A stretch of DNA of 64,000 bases, taken from the NCBI GenBank assembly GCA_902622985.1, contig CACNSH010000004.1, positions 66 through 64,065 on the forward strand, read 5' to 3'. Positions 48,309-57,491 of this stretch are shown here, in pieces. The notes beneath the pieces are model-generated. The model was not told the DNA's origin. It ran no database searches and worked only from the letters and a program-made list of their open reading frames with translations. Both the position numbers and the translations under genes were made by a program. Within the stretch, counting starts at the first letter, position 1. The number at the start of each line of letters is the position of its first letter. The stretch comes from an uncultured Pelagibacteraceae bacterium. GTDB taxonomy: Bacteria; Pseudomonadota; Alphaproteobacteria; Pelagibacterales; AG-422-B15.

Positions 48309-49577
48309 TTAATTTGAAATTTGATTTATTCCACCCATATATGGAATAAGAGCATCTGGCACCTGAATAGTCCCATCTTCATTTTGATAATTTTCAAGAA
48401 TAGATATTAAGGTTCGTCCTACGGCTAAGCCTGATCCATTTAATGTATGCAAAAATTTAGTTTCTTTACCTTCTTTATAACGAGAGTTCATTCTTCTTGC
48501 TTGAAAATCTCCGCAATTAGAGCAACTAGATATTTCTCTGTAAGCTTTTTGACCAGGCAACCATACTTCAATATCATATGTTTTTTGTGCAGCAAAACCC
48601 ATATCCTCAGAAGACAATATGACAACTCTATAATGAAGATTTAATCTTTTTAAAACTTCCTCTGCACAACTTAACATTCTTTCATGTTCATCCTTAGATT
48701 GACTTTCTGATGTTAAACTAACAAGCTCAACTTTATAAAATTGATGTTGTCTCATAATACCTCTTGTATCTTTCCCTGCTGCACCAGCTTCAGATCTGAA
48801 ACATGGCGTATGAGATACATATCGTTTAGGTAAATCTAAAATATCAATAATTGACTCTCTAGTCATATTACTAAGAGGAACCTCGGCCGTTGGTATAAGC
48901 CAATAGTCATCGGTTGTTTTAAATAAATCATCTTTAAACTTAGGAAGCTGTCCCACACCATAAACTGATTGATCTTTAACAAGTATAGGAACATTCATCT
49001 CTGTGTATCCAAATTCATTTGTATGAAGATCTAACATAAAATTAGATATTGCTCTTTCCATTCTAGCAATCAAGCCACTTTGTACAACAAACCTTGATCC
49101 AGAGATTTTTGCAGCTTGCTCAAAACTCATCATGTTGAGGTTTTCGCCTAATTCATCGTGTTCTTTTGGAGTAAAAGAAAATTCTTTTTTAGTACCTTCC
49201 AACTTAATCTCTTTATTTAAACTTTCATCACCAACTGGCACATCATCTGCTGGATTATTTGGCAAAGAAGATAAAACAGTATTAAGTTCTTCTTGTTTTT
49301 CTCTTTGACTATTCTCTAAATCCTGCATTTTATCTTTTAAGCTTGCAACTTCCGCCTTTAACTTAGCGGCTTCATCATTTTTTCCATTAGCTGCATATTC
49401 TCCTATGAGCTTTGACTTGGTGTTTCTCTCTTCTTGAATAACTTGAAGCTCACCAATAATTTTCCTGTTCTTTTCATCTAATTCAATTATTTGATTTGAA
49501 ACTGGCGGATGTTTTCTTTTGGCTAATAACTCATCTAAATCTGAGGGATTCTCTCTTATTTTCTTAATGTCATGCAT
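48309..49577 (-). CDS. serS: seryl-tRNA synthetase
   Basis: It has an N-terminal coiled-coil arm and class II motifs ([21 protein letters not shown]; [10 protein letters not shown]). Confidence 0.95.
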   Translation of the reverse strand: MHDIKKIRENPSDLDELLAKRKHPPVSNQIIELDEKNRKIIGELQVIQEERNTKSKLIGEYAANGKNDEAAKLKAEVASLKDKMQDLENSQREKQEELNTVLSSLPNNPADDVPVGDESLNKEIKLEGTKKEFSFTPKEHDELGENLNMMSFEQAAKISGSRFVVQSGLIARMERAISNFMLDLHTNEFGYTEMNVPILVKDQSVYGVGQLPKFKDDLFKTTDDYWLIPTAEVPLSNMTRESIIDILDLPKRYVSHTPCFRSEAGAAGKDTRGIMRQHQFYKVELVSLTSESQSKDEHERMLSCAEEVLKRLNLHYRVVILSSEDMGFAAQKTYDIEVWLPGQKAYREISSCSNCGDFQARRMNSRYKEGKETKFLHTLNGSGLAVGRTLISILENYQNEDGTIQVPDALIPYMGGINQISN

Positions 49578-49580
49578 GTC

Positions 49581-50357
49581 TTACTCGGATTTAGGTTTTT
49601 TCCCTTCGATAAATTTTACAGCAAATATTGAAATTTCATACAGCAATAATATAGGTATTCCAAGCCCTATTTGGGAGATCGGGTCAGGTGGTGTTAAAAT
49701 AGCCGCTACTGCAAAAACTCCTACAATCACATACTTTCTATTTTTTCTTAATCCTTCAGAACTGACAAAACCTACTCTTGCTAATAATGTCAAAAGAACT
49801 GGTAGTTGAAAACTGATACCAAATGCAAATATCAGACGCATAATTAAGCTTAAATACTCATTTACCTTAGCTTCTAATTGGATTGGTAATGTTCCTTGGC
49901 CACCAATCGATTCGAAAGATAGAAAGAATTTGATGGCAAGTGGCATAATAAAATAATAAACCAATGCCGCTCCTAATAAGAATAATATTGGCGTTGCAAT
50001 TAAATATGGAATAACAACAGTTTTCTCATTGCGATAAAGACCAGGTGCAACAAAAATCCAAATTTGTATCAGTATAAATGGAAGAGAAACAAAAATAGAG
50101 GCAAATAGTGCTACTTTTAAATAAGTAAAAAAGGTTTCGTGTAAAGCAGTAAATATAAGCCTTCTGCCAGATTCACCTTGTACAGCATCAGCATATGGTT
50201 GAACTAAAAAGTTATAAATTGTGTCTGCAAAGATATATGCAACAACAAACATAACAGTAATCAAAATTAGTGACTTAATAAGTCTGCTTCTAAGTTCTAC
50301 AAGATGTTGAATTAAAGGTTGCTTTCCTTCATCAAGTGTTTCATTTGTATCACTCAT
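49581..50357 (-). CDS. tatC: twin-arginine translocase subunit TatC
   Basis: It has a 6-TM TatC pattern (LIQHLVELRSRL, FVAPGLY, PPDPISQ). Confidence 0.9.
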   Translation of the reverse strand: MSDTNETLDEGKQPLIQHLVELRSRLIKSLILITVMFVVAYIFADTIYNFLVQPYADAVQGESGRRLIFTALHETFFTYLKVALFASIFVSLPFILIQIWIFVAPGLYRNEKTVVIPYLIATPILFLLGAALVYYFIMPLAIKFFLSFESIGGQGTLPIQLEAKVNEYLSLIMRLIFAFGISFQLPVLLTLLARVGFVSSEGLRKNRKYVIVGVFAVAAILTPPDPISQIGLGIPILLLYEISIFAVKFIEGKKPKSE

Positions 50358-50646
50358 TTTCTTTTTTCTGCTTTTCTGACTGAATGATATTTTTATTTAT
50401 CGAGTCACGCATCTCGTCTGTAAAGTTTTTGGGATTTGTATTTTCAACTTTAGACTTAATATCATCTACGCCTGTTTCTTTTGCTAGCTCATTGATACTA
50501 GATCTAAATTCTCTTGAAAAGTTTCTAATTTTACCCCACCACCTGCCAAAAGTTCTTAATACTGTTGGCAAATCTTTCGGTCCAACAAAAATGATAATTA
50601 ATGCTGCAATGACAAGATACTCTACTCCTCCGATACCAGGTAACAT
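50350..50646 (-). CDS. tatB: twin-arginine translocase subunit TatB
   Basis: It has an N-terminal TM and amphipathic helix (LVIAALIIIFVGPKDLP) and sits between tatA and tatC. Confidence 0.8.
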   Translation of the reverse strand: MLPGIGGVEYLVIAALIIIFVGPKDLPTVLRTFGRWWGKIRNFSREFRSSINELAKETGVDDIKSKVENTNPKNFTDEMRDSINKNIIQSEKQKKENE

Positions 50647-50661
50647 AACAATTACTTAAGG

Positions 50662-50844
50662 TTAATCTTTGGAGTCTTCGTCTGATTTATTTATTGACTT
50701 TGGTTCATCATCGTCGTTGATGCCTTTTTTAAAACTTTTTACACCTTTGGCTACGTCACCCATTAATTCAGATATTTTTCCTCTACCGAAAAGTATAACA
50801 AGAAGCGCTACAACGATTAATATTTGCCAAAAACTAATACCCAT
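50662..50844 (-). CDS. tatA: twin-arginine translocase subunit TatA
   Basis: It is 60 aa, with [36 protein letters not shown]. Confidence 0.85.
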   Translation of the reverse strand: MGISFWQILIVVALLVILFGRGKISELMGDVAKGVKSFKKGINDDDEPKSINKSDEDSKD

Positions 50845-50927
50845 TTATTCCTCAATTATTTCTAATAATATATATATATTAATACCTTATTAGTAAAAGT
50901 TAAAAATTACCATCAAATAAAAGGTAA

Positions 50928-51641
50928 TTAAATAAGGTTTTTTTGAGATGCGGTTGAACTTATAGAGATGACATCTTCAGGTTTGCCATTTTGAATAAAA
51001 TTACCATCTTTCATGATTAAAACTCTATCAGACATTGCTAGCGCGTCTTCAGTATCGTGAGAAACAATGATAGTTGTAGTGAGGTTATCACGAAGAATTT
51101 TATTTGTTTCAGATCTCAATCTTACTTTTAATTCCTTATCCAAAGCTCCAAAAGGTTCATCCATTAACAAAATTTTTGGATTTGGCGCCATAGCTCTTGC
51201 CAATGCAACCCTTTGTTGTTCACCGCTTGATATTTCATGAGGATAGTTTTTTGCATATCTCTCAACACTAAATAACTTTAATAAACTCATAGCCCTCTCA
51301 GTATTATTTTTATTCGTACCTTTTATTCCAAATTTTACATTATTCACAATCGAGAGGTGTGGAAACAATGCTCTTTCCTGAACAACCAATCCAATATTTC
51401 GTTCCTCAGTATTTACATGATTTAAATGCCCTGAAACAATTTCATTATCTATCGATACTGTTCCTGCTGATTGTTCTTCTAGACCTGCAATAATTCTTAG
51501 CAAAGTAGTTTTGCCGCATCCAGAGGGTCCTAAGATTGTAATTATCTCTCCTCGATTTACTTGTAGAGAAACATCTTTTAAAACTTCATTATCTCTTGTG
51601 AAGCTGTGTTTTATATTTTTTAGTTCAAGAATTATATCCAT
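50928..51641 (-). CDS. fbpC: Fe3+-type ABC transporter ATP-binding protein (short form without a C-terminal regulatory domain)
   Basis: It has Walker A GPSGCGKTT, the signature ISSGEQQRVALARA, and Walker B ILLMDEPF. It is only 237 aa. Confidence 0.8.
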   Translation of the reverse strand: MDIILELKNIKHSFTRDNEVLKDVSLQVNRGEIITILGPSGCGKTTLLRIIAGLEEQSAGTVSIDNEIVSGHLNHVNTEERNIGLVVQERALFPHLSIVNNVKFGIKGTNKNNTERAMSLLKLFSVERYAKNYPHEISSGEQQRVALARAMAPNPKILLMDEPFGALDKELKVRLRSETNKILRDNLTTTIIVSHDTEDALAMSDRVLIMKDGNFIQNGKPEDVISISSTASQKNLI

Positions 51642-51643
51642 TT

Positions 51644-53257
51644 TTAATCTCTTGATGCAGGTCTAGAACTTCTGATCATTCTAGTCAATATTATTATTGG
51701 AATAAGCCCTACCATAACTATTGCAATAGAAGGTGCAGCAGCATCGTACATTCTTTCTTCTGCTGCATATATATAAGTATATACAGCTAATGTATCAAAA
51801 TTAAATGGTCTCAAAATAAGCGTTGCGGGAAGTTCTTTTATGACTTCTGAAACTACCAATAACATGCTTGTTAGAAAACTAGTTTTTAATAATGGCAAAT
51901 GAACTGAAGATAAAAGAGACCAGCCTGATGTTTTAAGTGTTTTTGCTACATCATCAATTCTCATATTTATACGCTGATATCCAGCTTCAATCGTAGAACT
52001 TGAGAGCGCATAGGATTTTATTATGTAAGCTAAAACTAATCCAACTAGACTACCTGTAAGCACAAAATCAAAATAATAATCTCCAATGCTTCTGTCTAAA
52101 AATGTAAGTAGCTGCATAACGCCAATTGCAAGTATTAAACCTGGCACCGCATAACCAACAGTCAAAAAGGAACTCATAAACTTCAGATAATTATTTTTTT
52201 TATATCTAATTGAAAAATTTATAAGCACAGCTAATAGACTGCATAAGAAAGCTGCTATTATTGCTAAGTAAAATGTATTCCATGCAGTCGTAAGAAACTT
52301 ATCATTAAAAAAATCTAACTTGTAATTAAATGCCCAGTACCCAAGTTCCATCACAGGCAATAAAAAACCGACAAAGATTGGAACGAAACAAATTAATATT
52401 GCTAAAATATTTGAACTACCTTTCAGTCTAGTTAAATAAAGCGGCTTAAAGACTGAGCTGGCATTTGAATATCTAGCATTTTTTCTGGAGTAACGTTCAG
52501 ATATAATTAATAGAATTGCAAATATGAGTAACAATGAAGCTAACTGCTTTGCGGTTTCAATATCATACATGCCGTACCATGTTCTAAATATTCCAGTTGT
52601 AAAAGTTGAAATGGCAAAGTGATCAACTGCTCCGAAATCAGATAAAGTTTCCATGATTACGAGCATGAGACCCCCAATAATTGCTGGTCTAATCATTGGA
52701 ACAGCTAATTTATAAAATACTTCTAGTTTACCAAGTCCAAGAGTTCTACCCGCTTCAAGAATTGATCTAGATTGATTTATAAAGGCCATTCTGCTCACAA
52801 GATATACATATGGATACAGAGTGAAGGAAAATACTACAATCGCTCCAGGAACATTTCTTACTTTAGGAAAAAAAATAAAATCTGCACCGAGCCCAAAAAG
52901 ATCCCTTATTAAATTATTCGCTGTACCAAAGGTATCGAATAAACCAGTGAAAGTGTAAGCAAGTATATATGGTGGTACAGCAAGTGGTAAAATTAGTGCC
53001 CATTCAAAAATATTTTTTCCTGTAAAATTATAGTTGGTGACTAACCAGGCAGTGCCGACACCAATTATGGTAACCATAATTGAGACGCCAATAACTAAGT
53101 AAAATGAGTTTTCTATATATCCAATCAGCACGTAATTGTACAAGTGTGTCCAGTTGTCAGAGTAATCACCAGCTAAACTGAAAAGCACAATAAGTACTGG
53201 GGCAATAAAAATTGCAAATGTTGCAACTGGTGTAACTTGCCAAAGATCTAACTTCAT
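51644..53257 (-). CDS. fbpB: Fe3+ ABC transporter permease (fused double permease)
   Basis: It is 537 aa and about 12 TM, a duplicated binding-protein-dependent permease architecture. It sits between the binding-protein and ATPase genes. Confidence 0.8.
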   Translation of the reverse strand: MKLDLWQVTPVATFAIFIAPVLIVLFSLAGDYSDNWTHLYNYVLIGYIENSFYLVIGVSIMVTIIGVGTAWLVTNYNFTGKNIFEWALILPLAVPPYILAYTFTGLFDTFGTANNLIRDLFGLGADFIFFPKVRNVPGAIVVFSFTLYPYVYLVSRMAFINQSRSILEAGRTLGLGKLEVFYKLAVPMIRPAIIGGLMLVIMETLSDFGAVDHFAISTFTTGIFRTWYGMYDIETAKQLASLLLIFAILLIISERYSRKNARYSNASSVFKPLYLTRLKGSSNILAILICFVPIFVGFLLPVMELGYWAFNYKLDFFNDKFLTTAWNTFYLAIIAAFLCSLLAVLINFSIRYKKNNYLKFMSSFLTVGYAVPGLILAIGVMQLLTFLDRSIGDYYFDFVLTGSLVGLVLAYIIKSYALSSSTIEAGYQRINMRIDDVAKTLKTSGWSLLSSVHLPLLKTSFLTSMLLVVSEVIKELPATLILRPFNFDTLAVYTYIYAAEERMYDAAAPSIAIVMVGLIPIIILTRMIRSSRPASRD

Positions 53258-53316
53258 AAATAATTGCTGTTTCCTATACTATTTATCCAATAAACTCTAA
53301 TATAACCTTAATTTTT

Positions 53317-53378
53317 GTTGAGGCAATTTGACCTTGGATACTAATGAGAAGAAAAGACGGTGACCAAATTACCTCAAC
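53317..53378 (-). promoter_or_regulatory. intercistronic stem-loop between fbpA and fbpB
   Basis: The arms are 53317-53330 and 53365-53378, giving 14 bp. The one plus-strand C.A mismatch is a G.U pair on the sense (minus) transcript. Three more pairs follow a 3-nt bulge. No U-tract follows the stem. Confidence 0.5.
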
Positions 53379-53393
53379 CTGGTTGACATTAAA

Positions 53394-54425
53394 TTATTGC
53401 CAACCAACTCTATCCATCAACTTAACAGCTTCAGGATTGAATTCGCCATAGCTTGCAACTGAAGTCTGATCTTCTTTGAAACCAGAACCAAATTGAGCTA
53501 TTAAATCACTAGGTGCAACACCTTCAAGCATTGGAAACTCATAAGTGTTATTCACTATGTGACTTTGAGCTTCTTCACTAAGCAGGAACTCGATAAACTT
53601 AACAGCATTATTTGCATTTGGAGCATTTTTCATAAGACCAGCTCCACTCACATTAATATGAGCACCTCGTCCATCTTGGCCGGGAAAATGAAGTTCAACT
53701 TTTCTTGCTGCAGCTTGCTGTTCTTCACCTTTTTTTCCAGATAACATTAAACCAATGTAATAACTATTTGCTACAGCAACATCTGCTTCGCCATTTGCAA
53801 CTGCCATAATCTGCGCTCTGTCATTACCTTCAGGTTTTCTTGCAAAGTTGCCTACAAATCTATGCGCCCACTTTTCAGTAGCATCAATACCATTATTGGC
53901 AATCAGTGAAGCAACTAAAGACTGATTATACATATTACCAGAACTTCTTATTGCAACTCTACCTTTCCATTTTGGATCTGAAAGATCTTCATACGTAAGC
54001 CCTTCCATATCCTCTGCGGAAACATTTACTGGATTATAATAAATTACTCTAGAACGTTTAGCTATTCCAACCCACTCGTTATTTGGACCTCTTAAATTTT
54101 CAGGTACAATTGAATTGATAGTATCTGAGCTGATACTTTGAAACATTCCATCTTTTTGAACTTTCCATAGATTACCAGCATCTACGGTAATGAAGACATC
54201 AGCAGGAGAATTTACTCCTTCTGAAGCAAGTCTTTCCATTAATGCTTTTCCTTTACCTGAAATAACGTTTACTTTGATGCCAGTATCGTTCGTAAACTTT
54301 TGATATAATGCATCATCTGAGTCGTAATGCCTTGACGTATACAAATTAACTTCATTAGCGAATGAACTGCCAACTGTTACAAAAGTAATTACAGCTATTG
54401 CTAAGAATCTTAATGCTGAATTCAT
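53394..54425 (-). CDS. fbpA: Fe3+ ABC transporter periplasmic substrate-binding protein
   Basis: It has a signal peptide, then VNLYTSRHYDSDDALYQKFTNDTGIKVN, which is typical of FbpA/AfuA/IdiA-type ferric binding proteins. Confidence 0.8.
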   Translation of the reverse strand: MNSALRFLAIAVITFVTVGSSFANEVNLYTSRHYDSDDALYQKFTNDTGIKVNVISGKGKALMERLASEGVNSPADVFITVDAGNLWKVQKDGMFQSISSDTINSIVPENLRGPNNEWVGIAKRSRVIYYNPVNVSAEDMEGLTYEDLSDPKWKGRVAIRSSGNMYNQSLVASLIANNGIDATEKWAHRFVGNFARKPEGNDRAQIMAVANGEADVAVANSYYIGLMLSGKKGEEQQAAARKVELHFPGQDGRGAHINVSGAGLMKNAPNANNAVKFIEFLLSEEAQSHIVNNTYEFPMLEGVAPSDLIAQFGSGFKEDQTSVASYGEFNPEAVKLMDRVGWQ

Positions 54426-54441
54426 AAAATTTCCCCTTCTT

Positions 54442-54466
54442 TAGAATGATACTAAGTTTCATTCTA
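54442..54466. promoter_or_regulatory. perfect 8-bp inverted repeat TAGAATGA-N9-TCATTCTA in the fbpA leader
   Basis: It lies 17-41 nt upstream of the fbpA ATG, just distal to the AAGGGG Shine-Dalgarno. It contains GAATGA Fur-hexamer-like half sites. Confidence 0.4.
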
Positions 54467-54477
54467 TATAACTTATT

Positions 54478-54496
54478 GAGAATGATTATCAATAGC
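54478..54496. promoter_or_regulatory. Fur-box-like site upstream of fbpA
   Basis: GAGAATGATTATCAATAGC matches the 19-bp consensus GATAATGATAATCATTATC at 15 of 19 positions, counted by hand. Confidence 0.45.
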
Positions 54497-54525
54497 AAAT
54501 TGTGACGCACTTTGATAATTTGTGT

Positions 54526-55926
54526 CTATAATGAATTTATAAAGCTAATTAATTGATTTACTTGATTTTTATCTAAAGATTTGAACTCTTCTAACACTCT
54601 AGAGGCTTCCCCGCCATGCCATAATATAGCCTCCTCAATTGTTCGAGCCCTTCCATCATGTAAAAATCCATATTCTGCAGATACCACTGATGTCAACCCT
54701 ATTCCCCACAAAGGCGGCGTTCTCCATTCAGAGCCACTGGCATTGAATTCGTTAACACCATCAGACAACTGTTCACCCATATCATGCAGCAAAAAATCTG
54801 AATAAGGGTATATGATTTGATTGGCTAAATTTTGATGTGTACTCTCATTTTTTGTAACAAATCTCTCAGTATGACAAGAATTGCAGCCAATTTTAAAAAA
54901 TATTTCTTTACCTTTAACCACGTTAATATCTCTCACGTTTCTTCTTACTGGCACACCAAGTTGCGATGAATAAAAAACTACTAGATCCAATTGATCATTA
55001 GAAACTTCATAGCCATCATAGCTTTCGCTATTTCCACTGACTGCATTTTGACAGCTTAATTGCACATCAGTACAGTTAAATGGATTTTCAAAAAGTTTAT
55101 TTGATAAACCCATGTCATGAAAAAAGGCATCAGCAGTTTGTTGGTAAACCGTAGGTTGAGATGCTTTCCAGCCAAACCGACCAAGGGAATAATCATTTTT
55201 TTGATTATGCCAAACAATATTTGCTTTTCCAGATATTCCATCACCGTTTATGTCCTTCACATCTGCATTTATCAAAATATCCGTTTCACTAATATTTTCA
55301 ATTAAACCTAGACCAATCATTGGTTGTGCGATTCTTGCTGAAAAGTTTGTATCTTGATTGATATCTCCGTAATTAAAATTTCTAATTTTAATTACAGGCT
55401 TTCTTAATTCGACTATACGACCATCATTGTAAGATATTGGAACATATTCATAATTAATAACAATGTCCGCTTCTCTTGGAATACTTTCAACCGAGAATTC
55501 ACTAATTTGATTTCCGTAAATGGGATCTGGTAGATTTTTAATACCATCTGAAATTGAGTCCTGATTTTTTGAAATTTGAATAACAACAGATACAGCGTCA
55601 TCAGATTCATCTATAGGCAAATGTCCTCGTCCATCAGAAATATGACATGCTTCGCACGAACGAGCACTGAAAAAAGGCCCTAAACCATCTCTTGCAATAT
55701 TTTCTGAGAACTTTGCATCTTCCCAAATTCTCTCAAATAAAGCATTTCCTACAAGAAAATTGATTTTTAAATTATCTCCTAAATTTCTTGCAACCAGTGA
55801 AAAACTATTTTTATTTTCAACCTCATTTGAGGTTTTGCCACCTGGCAGTAACGGGTCTGAAGATATTGAAGTACAAATATAAAAAAAAATGTTTGCAAAC
55901 AGGATTGCTTTAAATAGACGTTTCAC
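54526..55926 (-). CDS. di-haem cytochrome c oxidoreductase/peroxidase-like protein (DUF1111 family)
   Basis: It has a signal peptide and two CxxCH motifs (CEACH, CNSCH). The signature LLHDMG and FLHDGRARTIEEAILWHGGEA is typical of DUF1111. The start is GTG. Confidence 0.75.
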   Translation of the reverse strand: MKRLFKAILFANIFFYICTSISSDPLLPGGKTSNEVENKNSFSLVARNLGDNLKINFLVGNALFERIWEDAKFSENIARDGLGPFFSARSCEACHISDGRGHLPIDESDDAVSVVIQISKNQDSISDGIKNLPDPIYGNQISEFSVESIPREADIVINYEYVPISYNDGRIVELRKPVIKIRNFNYGDINQDTNFSARIAQPMIGLGLIENISETDILINADVKDINGDGISGKANIVWHNQKNDYSLGRFGWKASQPTVYQQTADAFFHDMGLSNKLFENPFNCTDVQLSCQNAVSGNSESYDGYEVSNDQLDLVVFYSSQLGVPVRRNVRDINVVKGKEIFFKIGCNSCHTERFVTKNESTHQNLANQIIYPYSDFLLHDMGEQLSDGVNEFNASGSEWRTPPLWGIGLTSVVSAEYGFLHDGRARTIEEAILWHGGEASRVLEEFKSLDKNQVNQLISFINSL

Positions 55927-55942
55927 AATTTAAGGCTAATTT

Positions 55943-56626
55943 CTATTCTGCCTCATGTCCACTTTGAATCAGATCATCTATATTTTCATCTTCTCCGAAT
56001 GGTTCTATCTGGCTGTGATCAATTTCTTTTGGTTCTCTAATGTCTAAATTTGGAGGCAGGCGGCTTTCTAAAAGACCAGCCGCTTTTAATTCTTCAAGTC
56101 CAGGTAAATCTGTGACTTGTTCTAACTGGAAGTACTCTAAGAACCTCTCAGTTGTACCATAAATAATGGGCCTTCCTGGTACCTTCTTTCTACCGATTGG
56201 CCTCACCCAGTTTAACTCCATAAGAACATCAAGAGTTCCAGGACTAAAATGAACTCCTCTTATGTCTTCAACTTCAGCTCTTGTAACAGGTTGATGATAG
56301 GCGATTATTGCCAAAGTCTCAGTAGCAGCCTTTGATAGTTTTCTTTGAACTATTTTTTCTTTTTTCATCATTGGTGCAAGATCGGTGGCAGTTTTAAAGC
56401 TCCATTTATTGCCAGTTTTGACCAGATTAACTCCCCTATTTTTATATTGAGCTTCAATTAAATTTAGTAATTTGTTTAAATTTGTACCCTTCGGCAATCT
56501 TGCCTTTAAACTCTCTGCATCAAGGGGTTCATTTGCTGCAAATAGAAGAGCCTCGAGAATTCTAAGATTGTCCATATCCTCAGATGGAAAATTCATGACA
56601 TTATTTTTTTCTACTTCATCAGACAT
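55943..56626 (-). CDS. scpB: segregation and condensation protein B
   Basis: It has ILEALLFAANEPL, ETLAIIAYHQPVTRAEVEDIRGV and PGRPIIYGTT. Confidence 0.9.
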   Translation of the reverse strand: MSDEVEKNNVMNFPSEDMDNLRILEALLFAANEPLDAESLKARLPKGTNLNKLLNLIEAQYKNRGVNLVKTGNKWSFKTATDLAPMMKKEKIVQRKLSKAATETLAIIAYHQPVTRAEVEDIRGVHFSPGTLDVLMELNWVRPIGRKKVPGRPIIYGTTERFLEYFQLEQVTDLPGLEELKAAGLLESRLPPNLDIREPKEIDHSQIEPFGEDENIDDLIQSGHEAE

Positions 56627-56633
56627 AATTTAT

Positions 56634-57431
56634 TTAATTAATGAATTCATCGTCCTTTTTATTTTTTAAAAATACTGGTCCAAAAGGAACCAGCTGCTGT
56701 ACTTCAAGTACCCCTTCTCTTACAAGTTCCATTGCTGCAGCCAGGGTTCCTGCAACACCTGATCTAGCGCTTTTACCATTTGAAAATTCATGTGGTAAAA
56801 ATTTCTCAAGCCGAGTCCATTCTGGTACATCACCTATCATTCTTTGAAGTCTAACAAGCGCATCTTCCATTGCAAAAACAGGCGGTCTTTCAATAGTCAT
56901 CGATGAATAGGCAGTTCTGTACCTTTGATCTGCATATGATTTTAAAAGATCGTATAAATCCAGATAATATTCAGGCGTTCGTATCAACCTTATGCCTTCA
57001 GGCATACCTCTATTAAAAAAATCTGTACCAAGTTTTGGTAAATTCATTAATTTTTGAGAAACTTGTCGGATCGCTTCAAGTTTCTTGAGTTGAAATTTCA
57101 ATCTTTCTGCCATTTCTTCAGCACTCAATTCTTCACCTGACTCTTCTCTTGGTATTAACAAATTGGATTTTAAGTAAGCCATCCAAGCTGCCATAACAAG
57201 ATAGTCAGCCGCCAACTCTAAATTGCGATTACGAACTTTTTCTATAAACTCCAAGTATTGCTCAGTGAGTTGGAGAATGGAAATTTTCATTAAATCTACT
57301 TTTTGAGATTTAGCTAATGTTAACAGCAGATCTAGGGGACCTTCGAATTCTCCCAAGTTTACAATCAAATCATCTGGGCTAGTTTGATTAGATGCTTCCT
57401 GTTCAGTATAAGTACTTGAAATATCTTCCAT
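56634..57431 (-). CDS. scpA: segregation and condensation protein A
   Basis: It has FEGPLDLLLTLAKSQKVDLMKISILQLTEQYLEF and sits upstream of scpB. Confidence 0.9.
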   Translation of the reverse strand: MEDISSTYTEQEASNQTSPDDLIVNLGEFEGPLDLLLTLAKSQKVDLMKISILQLTEQYLEFIEKVRNRNLELAADYLVMAAWMAYLKSNLLIPREESGEELSAEEMAERLKFQLKKLEAIRQVSQKLMNLPKLGTDFFNRGMPEGIRLIRTPEYYLDLYDLLKSYADQRYRTAYSSMTIERPPVFAMEDALVRLQRMIGDVPEWTRLEKFLPHEFSNGKSARSGVAGTLAAAMELVREGVLEVQQLVPFGPVFLKNKKDDEFIN

Positions 57432-57491
57432 TTTTCAATTTTTTGATTCTTTTATTATATAACAGATGATGTTTATATACGATAAAATACA

